The notes under the pieces: generated by a model
Databases searched by the model: none
What the model was told of the DNA's origin: nothing
Seen by the model: only the letters and a program-made list of their open reading frames with translations
Source: Campylobacterota bacterium
GTDB taxonomy: Bacteria > Campylobacterota > Campylobacteria > Campylobacterales > Sulfurimonadaceae
Reading direction: 5' to 3'
Assembly: GCA_034717975.1 (NCBI GenBank)
Contig: JAYEMF010000047.1
Location: 1-18,867, forward strand
Length of the DNA: 18,867 bases
Made by a program: the position numbers and the translations under genes
Shown here: positions 7,770 through 15,908 of the stretch, piece after piece
Position numbering within the stretch: the stretch's first letter is position 1
Layout: every line of letters begins with the position of its first letter

Positions 7770-8126
7770 TTACTTGCGAAGCTCTTGAATACGTGCTTTT
7801 TTACCTGCGAGACCGCGAAGGTAGAAAAGTTTTGCACGGCGAATGCGACCACGACGGATCACTTTGATTTCGTTGATGCTGTCAGTGTAGATTGGAAAAA
7901 CACGCTCGATACCAACGCCGTTAGCGCCGATTTTACGAACAGTGATCGTTTTACCAGTTCCCTGACCGCGCATTGCGATACAAACACCTTCGTAACTTTG
8001 AACACGACTTTTGTCGCCCTCTTTAATCGTTACGGCTAGGCGTACAGTGTCACCTGCACGGAAATCAGGAATGTTTTTCTCAGCGACTTGGGCATTCTCG
8101 AAATTTTCAATGTACTTATTTCTCAT
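7770..8126 (-). CDS. rplS: 50S ribosomal protein L19
   Basis: Motifs [30 protein letters not shown] and RRAKLFYLR; located directly after trmD. Confidence 0.98.
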   Translation of the reverse strand: MRNKYIENFENAQVAEKNIPDFRAGDTVRLAVTIKEGDKSRVQSYEGVCIAMRGQGTGKTITVRKIGANGVGIERVFPIYTDSINEIKVIRRGRIRRAKLFYLRGLAGKKARIQELRK

Positions 8127-8817
8127 ATGATGTCCTTTTATTATGCTGTAAAAGCTGCTCTGGCCGAAAGAACTTTGTCTTACATGTGGACAGGGCGAAT
8201 TTTAGTGCCGTGATTTTACTGTGGTTTCCCTTTAAGTATTCTGATGGTGCGGCTTTTTCTTCATATATTGGCGGTTTTCCAAAAGATGGCGCTTCCAAAA
8301 GTGGCGTTTCGAAGCTTTCTGTCTCCAGCGACTCACTGTTCCCCAATACACCATCCACATTTCTCAAGATCGCATCACTCATCACCAGCGAAGGCAGCTC
8401 ACCCCCGGTAAGGACATAATCACCTATGCTGAACACCTCGTCGGCAAAGGTCTCGATCACCCGTTCGTCGATTCCCTCGTAACGCCCGCTGACAAAGGCG
8501 ATATGCTCTTTCTTGGCCAGACGTTTGGCATCGTTTTGCGTAAAGGGTTTGGCTACCGGTGTTGTAAAGATGATGTGCACATCACCTTCTGCCTTAAGAT
8601 GATTGAGCGCATCGAAGAGCGGCTGCGGCGTCATCACCATTCCGGCACCCCCGCCTACGGCTGTATCATCCACCTTTTTATGTTTGGATGCCGAGAAGTC
8701 ACGCGGATTGAGATAACCGATATGAAAGATATCTTTATCCTGGGCACGTTTCAGGATCGAATCCTGAAAATATCCCTCGATCAGATTTTGAAACAGGGTA
8801 ACATAGGTAAGTTTCAT
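8116..8817 (-). CDS. trmD: tRNA (guanine37-N1)-methyltransferase
   Basis: Motifs [23 protein letters not shown] and [13 protein letters not shown]. The true start is MKLTYVTLF at 8817 with a GGAG SD; the 8883 start in the ORF track is over-extended. Confidence 0.97.
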   Translation of the reverse strand: MKLTYVTLFQNLIEGYFQDSILKRAQDKDIFHIGYLNPRDFSASKHKKVDDTAVGGGAGMVMTPQPLFDALNHLKAEGDVHIIFTTPVAKPFTQNDAKRLAKKEHIAFVSGRYEGIDERVIETFADEVFSIGDYVLTGGELPSLVMSDAILRNVDGVLGNSESLETESFETPLLEAPSFGKPPIYEEKAAPSEYLKGNHSKITALKFALSTCKTKFFRPEQLLQHNKRTSYEK

Positions 8818-8845
8818 CAATAAGAGCTCCAAATTTTGCATTGGG

Positions 8846-8854
8846 ATTGTATCA
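8846..8854 (-). promoter_or_regulatory. Putative extended -10 promoter (TGATACAAT) for trmD-rplS
   Basis: Minus-strand TGnTACAAT about 28 nt upstream of the trmD ATG. Confidence 0.5.
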
Positions 8855-8943
8855 TAAATACATCTAGTGCTATCAAATAGCACACTATTTTCTCTATTGA
8901 TAGACTATCTCAAATAAAATCAATCGTTAAGACTGATACTTAT

Positions 8944-8985
8944 CCAGCTTATCCCCGTCGCAAGCAACGGGGTATTAGCCAGCTT
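8944..8985. mobile_element. Solo GC-rich hairpin resembling an IS200/IS605-type end or REP-like element, flanked by a 7-bp direct repeat
   Basis: CCCCGT-C-GCAAGC-A-ACGGGG at 8953-8972, with CCAGCTT at 8944-8950 and again at 8979-8985. No transposase gene is present. Confidence 0.4.
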
Positions 8986-9078
8986 TAAAGCTTCCAAAGT
9001 TTTTTACTATGACATTGGAAACTATTGTTCAATTTCAATCAACATAATGTTACGACCCAAGGGTCTGGGAATTACTCC

Positions 9079-9261
9079 CGAGAAGATTCATCCATCAGCC
9101 ATAATGGAAATGAAATCTCTACAACGGTAAGTATCGGCATAATAGAGATCACACCGCCAGATGACATTAAAGGGAGTGAAGTTCATATGGAACGCTATAT
9201 TGAAGCGGCCGATGGGAAACTCTATCTTGCCAAACACTCCGGTAAAAACTGCCTAAAATAA
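9079..9261 (+). pseudogene. C-terminal remnant of a GGDEF (diguanylate cyclase) domain
   Basis: ISTTVSIG...ADGKLYLAKHSGKN matches the GGDEF C-terminal pattern (TvSiG...AD.aLY.AK..G.N). The GG(D/E)EF motif and the N-terminal part are absent. Confidence 0.75.
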
Positions 9262-9269
9262 GCCCTGGT

Positions 9270-10169
9270 CTATTTCGCTTTTCTCACCAACAGACCACCG
9301 GCGATTATCAGGCCGATGCCCATTAAGGCCAATAGATCAGGGAACATATCCCCCAGCATCACACCAAAGCCGATTGCGAAAGGGATATTGGTATAACTGA
9401 CTATGCCTATGATCCCGGCATGGGTCGTTGTATAGGCTTTTGTAAGCAGCCACTGGGAAATGGTCGCAATAACTGCCATCAGGGCAATAAACAACCATAC
9501 TTTCGGCGTATCCGGCAAGACAAAGTCACTGATCAAAAATGAGAGCGCCTCCGGCGGCGTGTAGACCGATGCAAGCATAAAGAGCAGTATTGGCACCACT
9601 GTTCCCATTCCCATAAAAGAGAGAACGATGACCCGGGGATCGTAGAGGTCTTTAATACGGCGGATCGTAGCGTAGGCCGCTGCTGCGAAAAAACCGCCAA
9701 GGACCCCTAAAAAGTGCTCATAGCTCATCATGATGCCGGAAGGTTTGGTAATCATAACGACACCGGCAAACCCCATGAAAAGTGCCGCTACTCCCAGGTA
9801 GGAAAGGCGCTCTTTAAGAAGGAAAAAGGCAATGATGCTCACAAACAGCGGGGAAGTCTTGTTGAGTGTTATCGCTTCACCAAGAGGAATGGCCGTGATC
9901 GTGTAGAAGAAGAGGATCATGGCACTAAATCCCAGAAAGCCGCGCAGGATTAAAAAGCCAAGGTGACCGCCCGATAGCTTCGGAGGGCGATAGGCCAGCA
10001 TCACGAGGATCAGGGTCACCCCGATAATATTACGAAAAAAGACGATCTCAAGAGCACTCAGATCTTCAGCTAAAACTTTTGCAACCGCTCCGTTCACCGC
10101 TGAAAAGAGCGTACTCAAGAGCATAAATAGTACGCCCCTGTCTACCTTCTGTGTTATTGATGCAAGCAA
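9270..10169 (-). CDS. DMT/EamA-family transporter
   Basis: About 10 hydrophobic helices in two repeats; motifs EIVFFRN, TAIPLGEAITL..TSPLF and FFLLKERL. Confidence 0.9.
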   Translation of the reverse strand: MLASITQKVDRGVLFMLLSTLFSAVNGAVAKVLAEDLSALEIVFFRNIIGVTLILVMLAYRPPKLSGGHLGFLILRGFLGFSAMILFFYTITAIPLGEAITLNKTSPLFVSIIAFFLLKERLSYLGVAALFMGFAGVVMITKPSGIMMSYEHFLGVLGGFFAAAAYATIRRIKDLYDPRVIVLSFMGMGTVVPILLFMLASVYTPPEALSFLISDFVLPDTPKVWLFIALMAVIATISQWLLTKAYTTTHAGIIGIVSYTNIPFAIGFGVMLGDMFPDLLALMGIGLIIAGGLLVRKAK

Positions 10170-10173
10170 AATC

Positions 10174-10911
10174 TTACTTGGTTACCGCACTGGGTTCAGT
10201 TCCTATCTGCATAATCCATTCAGTGAGTGTTTTCAGCTCATCGTCTGTCAGTTTTCCAAATGGCGGCATCATCGCACCACGCATCTCTTTCCACTGCCCT
10301 TTACCGCCATTTTTGATAGCTGTACGCATTGGTTCGGATGAACGCTCTTTATATTTCTCGGCAATAGCACGAAATGATGGCCCGACAACATTCCGGTCAA
10401 GTTTGTGGCAGCCGAAGCACTTGTTTTGTCTTGCCAGCTGTTCACCTAAAGGGAGGCGTTTGAAAGCAGCACGCTCTTCAGAGATCTTGAAAAAATTCTT
10501 CTGATTGTAGTAAGAGAACATGTATTCGGCGATGGCTTGGAGCTCATCATCGCTCACCTTCCCTTTTTGCGAGGGCATCAGACCATAACTCTTAAGACTC
10601 GCTTCATCACAAAATGATTTCTCAAGTGAAGGGTTGATCACATAATCTTTCACAAATTCAATACTTTTAGGAATACGTTCGGCAGGGGTACTGACACTTA
10701 TGAAGTCATGCACATGAAAAGAGATAGCCATCATTGGCGGGGCCACCTCTTCGGGGTAGGTCTTCGCTGGCATATCGAGGTTATGGCAGGAAGCGCACTT
10801 CTCTTGAAGCAGTTTTTTGCCATCCAGGGAGAGCTTCTGTTTCGGCTCACTACAGCCGCTGAGGATAAAAAGTGTAGCTGCAAGCAGAGCAGTGATTGAT
10901 AAACGTATCAT
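10174..10911 (-). CDS. Diheme c-type cytochrome lipoprotein
   Basis: Lipobox LSGC (Cys20) and two heme-binding motifs, CASCH and CFGCH. The second domain is c551/c552-like (VGPSF..IA.KY...GG.G.W...MPP). ATGA overlap with the rimM stop. Confidence 0.9.
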   Translation of the reverse strand: MIRLSITALLAATLFILSGCSEPKQKLSLDGKKLLQEKCASCHNLDMPAKTYPEEVAPPMMAISFHVHDFISVSTPAERIPKSIEFVKDYVINPSLEKSFCDEASLKSYGLMPSQKGKVSDDELQAIAEYMFSYYNQKNFFKISEERAAFKRLPLGEQLARQNKCFGCHKLDRNVVGPSFRAIAEKYKERSSEPMRTAIKNGGKGQWKEMRGAMMPPFGKLTDDELKTLTEWIMQIGTEPSAVTK

Positions 10912-11444
10912 GATGCTTCTAAAAGATCCACTCCGCCGGAGACTTCAATACTCTTGGCATCGATCCTGGTCTCTACAATAAAAGGAGGTTGATAAGGGAT
11001 AAGAAAGGTTTTACTTCGGCCTTGTGCCACTAGAAGAGTGTCGGTCTCGATCAGCAGGTAGTTCTGTTCACCCAGACGATCAATATCTATCACACGGCCA
11101 AGCTCGCGGCCATCTTCATAGACCATGCAGCCGATGATGTCAAACCAGAAAAACTCACCCTCTTCGAGTTTGCACGCCTCTCGTGTGGCTTCCTGCGTCG
11201 TGTAGAGCTTCGCATTGATAAACTTTTTTGCCGCTTCCGGTGTCGAAATCCCCTCCAAACGCGTAGTTCCACGTTCCATGTTTACATTACCGAGTTTTAT
11301 TCTGCTCTTGGCATTAAGATAAAATTCGGCACCGGAAACAAATTGTTCAGGAAAATCGCTGTTTATATGAAGTTTCATATCGCCTTTTAGACCGACGGTT
11401 TTTCCAAGGGTAGCAATGTGAAGAAGTTCTGGAGAAGATTTCAA
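10908..11444 (-). CDS. rimM: Ribosome maturation factor RimM
   Basis: Motifs IATLGKTVGLKG, LEEGEFFWFDIIG and FLIPY; located after rpsP and the KH gene. Confidence 0.95.
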   Translation of the reverse strand: MKSSPELLHIATLGKTVGLKGDMKLHINSDFPEQFVSGAEFYLNAKSRIKLGNVNMERGTTRLEGISTPEAAKKFINAKLYTTQEATREACKLEEGEFFWFDIIGCMVYEDGRELGRVIDIDRLGEQNYLLIETDTLLVAQGRSKTFLIPYQPPFIVETRIDAKSIEVSGGVDLLEAS

Positions 11445-11471
11445 TTGTTCAACTTATTAAAGTATTTATTG

Positions 11472-11500
11472 AAACAAAAGCCTCTGCCTCGTGAAAGGCT
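11472..11500 (-). terminator. Putative intrinsic terminator/attenuator between the KH gene and rimM
   Basis: Minus-strand AGCCUUU-CACGAGGC-AGAGGCU stem-loop immediately followed by UUUGUUU. Confidence 0.5.
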
Positions 11501-11555
11501 AGCTTCAGTGCTTTAGCGGCTGGCGTTGCTATTTGGACTTTGTTCAAGTGGTGTT

Positions 11556-11798
11556 CTAGTTAGTCACGGCCTCGACGTTGATACGGTAGCTTTTGCCATC
11601 TTTGGCTTTGCATCCCGATATCACTGTCTTGATCGCACCGATCATTTTTCCCTCTTTGCCGATCAGTTTGCCGACATCGGCCTGATTGGCATAAAGAATG
11701 ACCTCTATCAACTCATCACCTTCCAATGCTTCAATACGGATATCGTCCGGATGTGTAGCGATCAGTTTGGCGTATTGAGCGACAAAATCGGTAACCAT
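11556..11798 (-). CDS. khpA: KH-domain RNA-binding protein (KhpA/YlqC family)
   Basis: DVGKLIGKEGKMIGAI GxxG loop; 80 aa; located between rpsP and rimM. Confidence 0.9.
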   Translation of the reverse strand: MVTDFVAQYAKLIATHPDDIRIEALEGDELIEVILYANQADVGKLIGKEGKMIGAIKTVISGCKAKDGKSYRINVEAVTN

Positions 11799-11803
11799 AA
11801 GAA

Positions 11804-12034
11804 TTACTTACCAGTGATCTTTTTAACGCGATCGCTCATTTTCGCACCGACACTTAGCCAGTAGTCAAGACGCTCTTCGTCAATTTTAAGTACTTTCTCT
11901 TCGCCCATCGGGTTATAGTGACCGATCAATTCGATCCAGCCGCCATCACGACGTTTACGAGAGTCTGTTACCGCGATACGGTAAAACGGTTGTTTCTTAC
12001 GGCCCATACGGGTCAGTCTGATTACAGTTGCCAT
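11804..12034 (-). CDS. rpsP: 30S ribosomal protein S16
   Basis: [31 protein letters not shown]. The true start is ATG 12034 with an AAGGA SD; 12076 in the ORF track is over-extended. Confidence 0.98.
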   Translation of the reverse strand: MATVIRLTRMGRKKQPFYRIAVTDSRKRRDGGWIELIGHYNPMGEEKVLKIDEERLDYWLSVGAKMSDRVKKITGK

Positions 12035-12110
12035 GTTTATTTCCTTTAGTTCTCTGCGCATGTCATATTTCAACATGCTGAATATGTTAATTTCTGCAAA
12101 TATATTGCTA

Positions 12111-12156
12111 TAAATGCTGATAAAGAGACTTCAAAAAGTCACCTTATCAGCATTTA
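12111..12156 (-). other. Long stem-loop immediately 3' of ffh
   Basis: TAAATGCTGATAA (12111-12123) and TTATCAGCATTTA (12144-12156) form a perfect 13-bp inverted repeat, with an inner GACTT/AAGTC stem. Confidence 0.7.
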
Positions 12157-12160
12157 GGCG

Positions 12161-13528
12161 CTAGCGTGGAAAACCACCCATACCGCCCGGCATTCCGCCG
12201 CCCTGCTGCATCTGGCTCATCATGTTCTGCATATCCTGCATCCCTTTTTTGCCAGAGAATTTTTTTGCCATTTTTGAAGCATTTTTGAACTGCTTCAAAA
12301 TACGGTTGACTTCCACCTGAGAGAGTCCGCAACCTACTGCGATACGCTGCTTACGGCTGTTGTTCAGGAGTGCCGGGTCTTCGCGTTCTTTAGGTGTCAT
12401 GGAAGAGACCAGCGCTTTGATCTGGTTGAGCTCTTTGGAGTTCTCCAGATCCATATCGCCCATCGCTTTGGCCATGTTGCCCATACCCGGGATCATGCCC
12501 ATGATCGACTTCATGCTGCCCATCTTCTTGATGCTTTCCATCTGCTCAAGAAAGTCATTAAAGTTGAACTGCCCTTTTTTGATCTTCTTGGTTAGCAGTT
12601 TCGCCTGTTTCTCATCGATAACGGCTGCCGTCTTCTCAGCAAGACCTTCGATGTCACCAAGGCCCATCAAGCGGTTGACAATACGTTCCGGCAAGAAGAC
12701 CTCAAGATCTTCCATCTTCTCGCCTGCACCGATAAAGCGCAGCGGTACATTGACCTGAGAAGCGATGCCAAGAGCGACACCGCCTTTGGAGTCGCCATCG
12801 TATTTGCTAAGAATGACCCCGTCGATCCCGATCTGCTCTTTAAAGCTTGTCGCCGTGCGGATCGCATCCTGACCTGTCAAGGAGTCCGCTACATAAAAGA
12901 TCTCATCCGGATTGGCCGCCGCTTTGACCTCGGAAAGTTCACCCATCAACTCTTCATCGATTGCCAGACGTCCGGCGGTATCGATCAGGACGACATCGTA
13001 GATCCCTGCTTTTGCTTTGGCTAGAGCAGCAGTAACCACTTCAACCGGATTTTTACTTACATCATCGGCATACAGCTCGACTTCGATCTGTCCCGTGATC
13101 TGACGAAGCTGTTCTACTGCAGCCAAACGCTGAAGGTCGGCCGCAACTACCAGAACTTTTTTCTTGCGTGTTTTCAGGTAAGTTGCCAGTTTTCCGGTTG
13201 TCGTCGTTTTACCCGAACCCTGAAGACCGGTCATTAAGATGACAGTCGGCGGGTTTGGTGCGAAAACGAATCCCTGCTTACCCTCTACATCGAGAAGTGT
13301 ATAGAGGCTTTCACGCATGGCATTCAGGAATTGGTCTTTCCCGATACCGGCTTCTTTCGTTTTTGTCTCGACAGCAGTGATCAGCTCTTTGACCACCTTA
13401 TGGTGTACATCTGACTTCAATAACGACTTTTTAAGTTCCATCAGCGCTTTTTTAAGCGCCTTTTCATCATCATGAAAACGGATCTTCTTTATGGCCGATG
13501 TAAACGAATCTGTCAGTGTTTCAAACAC
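12161..13528 (-). CDS. ffh: Signal recognition particle protein Ffh
   Basis: Motifs GLQGSGKTTT, DTAGR and KYDGDSKGG, plus a Met-rich M domain (SMTPKER...SRKQRIAVGCG). GTG start with a GAGGAG SD. Confidence 0.98.
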   Translation of the reverse strand: MFETLTDSFTSAIKKIRFHDDEKALKKALMELKKSLLKSDVHHKVVKELITAVETKTKEAGIGKDQFLNAMRESLYTLLDVEGKQGFVFAPNPPTVILMTGLQGSGKTTTTGKLATYLKTRKKKVLVVAADLQRLAAVEQLRQITGQIEVELYADDVSKNPVEVVTAALAKAKAGIYDVVLIDTAGRLAIDEELMGELSEVKAAANPDEIFYVADSLTGQDAIRTATSFKEQIGIDGVILSKYDGDSKGGVALGIASQVNVPLRFIGAGEKMEDLEVFLPERIVNRLMGLGDIEGLAEKTAAVIDEKQAKLLTKKIKKGQFNFNDFLEQMESIKKMGSMKSIMGMIPGMGNMAKAMGDMDLENSKELNQIKALVSSMTPKEREDPALLNNSRKQRIAVGCGLSQVEVNRILKQFKNASKMAKKFSGKKGMQDMQNMMSQMQQGGGMPGGMGGFPR

Positions 13529-13587
13529 CCCTGCTCCTCATACAAAAAATTATACTTTTCCAAAATAGGATAGAAAAAAAGTAGGAG

Positions 13588-13620
13588 ATTATAGCGGAAT
13601 GACACTTTAAGTTTTCTTTA
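13588..13620 (-). promoter_or_regulatory. Putative promoter for ffh-rpsP
   Basis: Minus-strand GCTATAAT (TATAAT at 13588-13593), preceded by TAAAGAAAACTTAAAG AT-rich tracts. Confidence 0.6.
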
Positions 13621-13645
13621 ATAGTTTATCCATGGAAATTCCATG

Positions 13646-13794
13646 AACATTCATAGGAGGAGCGGAGACTGTTGCAAGCTTCCCTTGGGGATTTTTTCGA
13701 CTATATGACAGGCAGCACATCCAGCTTCTGTCAATACGGCAACATCATCTGATGCCTGAAGCAGTGTTGATGCAAGCAGCGATAAAGGCAGAAG
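13646..13794 (-). pseudogene. Degraded c-type cytochrome gene (start lost, frameshifted, truncated)
   Basis: The minus strand reads LLPLSLLASTLLQASDDVAVLTEAGCAACHIVEK: a signal-peptide-like segment, then CxxCH at 13705-13719. Adding one A to the A6 run (13692-13697) continues it as NPQGKLATVSAPPM, matching CASCH...APPM in the intact cytochrome at 10174-10911. Confidence 0.7.
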
Positions 13795-13806
13795 CTATAA
13801 AATATA

Positions 13807-14748
13807 TTACGACAACCCAAAATGAGCGAATATCTTTGGCTCTTTGGCTTCAAAAGTCATGCCAAGCAGTTCGACTTTTTTAGCATGCAGCATCACACGC
13901 TTAGAGCGTCTTCCCCCGTAGAGTTCATCCCCAACAATCGGAAAGTTGATCGAGCGCAGATGGGTACGGATCTGATGGGTCCGACCCTCCTGGATGACTA
14001 CTTTGACCTTAGACTTTTTACCGGACACCTCAAGCGGATCCACTTTGGTATGTGCCGGTTTCCCCTTCTTGGAGACTTTGGAATAAGCGCGGTTATTGAT
14101 CTTTTCTGTCACTATCGGCTTATCGATCTCGCACGGCTCGATAAAAACACCTTCCACCCAGGCAACATACTCTTTATAGACTTCATTCGCCTGAAACGCT
14201 TTAATGGCTTTCGCCCGGAACTCTTCATTTTTAACCAGCATCAGAACACCGCTTGTCTCACGATCGAGACGGTGAAGCAGTCTTGCCCCTTTAAACTGAC
14301 GTTCAATCTCATCAGCATTGACGAATGCAGGTTTATCGACGACGACCAGGTCATCATTTTCAAAGATCGGCTTGACCTGCTCGACACGCTGAACAATAAA
14401 TGCGGTATCCAGCGGAAGTTCACCGCGAGCGACCATCACCTTCTTGTTGCCCACATAAACCAAGCCTCGATCGATCATTGTTTTTGCCTGGGTATTGGAA
14501 ATATCTTCCTGTGCGGCTAAAAGTTTATAGGCCTTTTCACCTTTACTCTGCTTCTTTCTTGAAGATGGAGTATCATACTCTTCATATTCCACATTTTGAT
14601 GACTGCCTCTTTGCGCTGCCTCTTTATAAGGTTTGCGTTTTTTATCACGTTTATCATCTGCTTTTTTGAACGCTTTTGCTTTTACTTTTGCTTTTGCTTC
14701 ACTCTTTTTCGCACTTCTGCGTCGATCACTTGCATCTCGTCTGCTCAT
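13807..14748 (-). CDS. RluA/RluD-family RNA pseudouridine synthase with an S4-like domain and a basic N-terminal extension
   Basis: Motifs VVDKP, HRLDRETSG, KEYVAWV, GRTHQIRTHL, PIVGDELYG and MLHA. Confidence 0.93.
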   Translation of the reverse strand: MSRRDASDRRRSAKKSEAKAKVKAKAFKKADDKRDKKRKPYKEAAQRGSHQNVEYEEYDTPSSRKKQSKGEKAYKLLAAQEDISNTQAKTMIDRGLVYVGNKKVMVARGELPLDTAFIVQRVEQVKPIFENDDLVVVDKPAFVNADEIERQFKGARLLHRLDRETSGVLMLVKNEEFRAKAIKAFQANEVYKEYVAWVEGVFIEPCEIDKPIVTEKINNRAYSKVSKKGKPAHTKVDPLEVSGKKSKVKVVIQEGRTHQIRTHLRSINFPIVGDELYGGRRSKRVMLHAKKVELLGMTFEAKEPKIFAHFGLS

Positions 14749-14753
14749 CTGGA

Positions 14754-15908
14754 CTATCCTTTGATATCTTCAATTACCCTGTCCAGATCGATTGCTTCAT
14801 CGACATGTGAACCCGGCATATGTTGTGCCTTTTCCAAGGCACTCTCTATCTCGGAAGGCGAAACGATCTGCACATCCTTGACATATTTAAAGAGCTCCTG
14901 CTGCATAAAAGCATGCTCTCCGGTTATAATTTTACACCCAAAACGGGCCGGTTCGAGTGGATTGTGTCCACCTACATCCGACTTGAACGCTCCGCCCAAT
15001 ACTGCTACATCACTGATAGCATAAATATTGTTGAGTTCACCCATTGCATCAACCAGTATGATATCACACGCAAAATTTTGCGACTCGCTCCAGCGTGAGC
15101 AGCTGTGATCTTCTGCCATTCGGGTAATCAGATCCCAGACTCTATCGAAACGCTCCGGATGGCGCGGAACGACAATCAGCTTGGAAGGGTATGCTTTTGC
15201 ATACGACAGATAGGCCTCGATAATCGGCTCCTCTTCTGTCTCATGCGTACTCGCCGCGACAATCACTTCACACTCAGGTTTCTCATAGCTTTTTGGAGCA
15301 GTGATCTGCTGTGCAAGTTTGATATTGCCTACGACCTCAACCGACGAGGCACCCAGTGATATAAACCGCTCTCTGTCGGCATCGCTTTGGACAAAAACCC
15401 TGTCTACGTAGGCAAACATACGGCGATAGAGCCAGGCCATCTTTTTATATTTCGGATAGCTGCGTTCGGTAATGCGTGCATTGAGCAGGAGTACCTTTGC
15501 GCCTCGAGACGAAGCTACAGCAAAAAGCAGGTACCAGAACTCCGCTTCCAAGACCACGACAACACGTTGTGACCTTGCCCAAAACGGCACAAAAAACTCA
15601 TAAGGCAGATAACGTACATCTGCCTTGTACTTCAAAGCCTCGGCATACCCTGTATGTGTTGTCGTCGTGATATTTACCGTTTCCTCTCCCAGTCGGTCAA
15701 GGATCGGCTTCAACGCACGCGCTTCACCGAGAGAACAGACATGAAACCAGATACCGCTGCGTTTAAAGGGTGGATTCTTCCAGAGAAAAAAACGTGCCGG
15801 AATAGATTGTCGATATTTGGTTTTAAAGGAGAGAAGGATGATCAATGGCAATGCTGCCACATAAAGCAGCAGTGCCAGTAGAAAATAGAGAAGGGTGAAA
15901 GGCTTCAA
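14754..15908 (-). CDS. waaA: 3-deoxy-D-manno-octulosonic acid (Kdo) transferase
   Basis: Motifs IWFHVCSLGE, LEAEFW, NARITERS, GNIK, ASTHETEE, VPRHPERF, DAMGEL and GGHNPLEP. Confidence 0.95.
   Translation of the reverse strand: MKPFTLLYFLLALLLYVAALPLIILLSFKTKYRQSIPARFFLWKNPPFKRSGIWFHVCSLGEARALKPILDRLGEETVNITTTTHTGYAEALKYKADVRYLPYEFFVPFWARSQRVVVVLEAEFWYLLFAVASSRGAKVLLLNARITERSYPKYKKMAWLYRRMFAYVDRVFVQSDADRERFISLGASSVEVVGNIKLAQQITAPKSYEKPECEVIVAASTHETEEEPIIEAYLSYAKAYPSKLIVVPRHPERFDRVWDLITRMAEDHSCSRWSESQNFACDIILVDAMGELNNIYAISDVAVLGGAFKSDVGGHNPLEPARFGCKIITGEHAFMQQELFKYVKDVQIVSPSEIESALEKAQHMPGSHVDEAIDLDRVIEDIKG

Noticed and set aside
7742..7775. Intrinsic terminator after rplS
   Set aside because: Only a weak AAGUAA/UUACUU and GAG/CUC pairing before the U-runs. 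This is not convincing, so read-through into the M20 operon cannot be excluded.
8990..9040. Possible IS200 TnpA fragment on the minus strand (EQ*FP...KKLW) beside the hairpin
   Set aside because: Requires stops and a frameshift within about 12 codons; too short to distinguish from chance.
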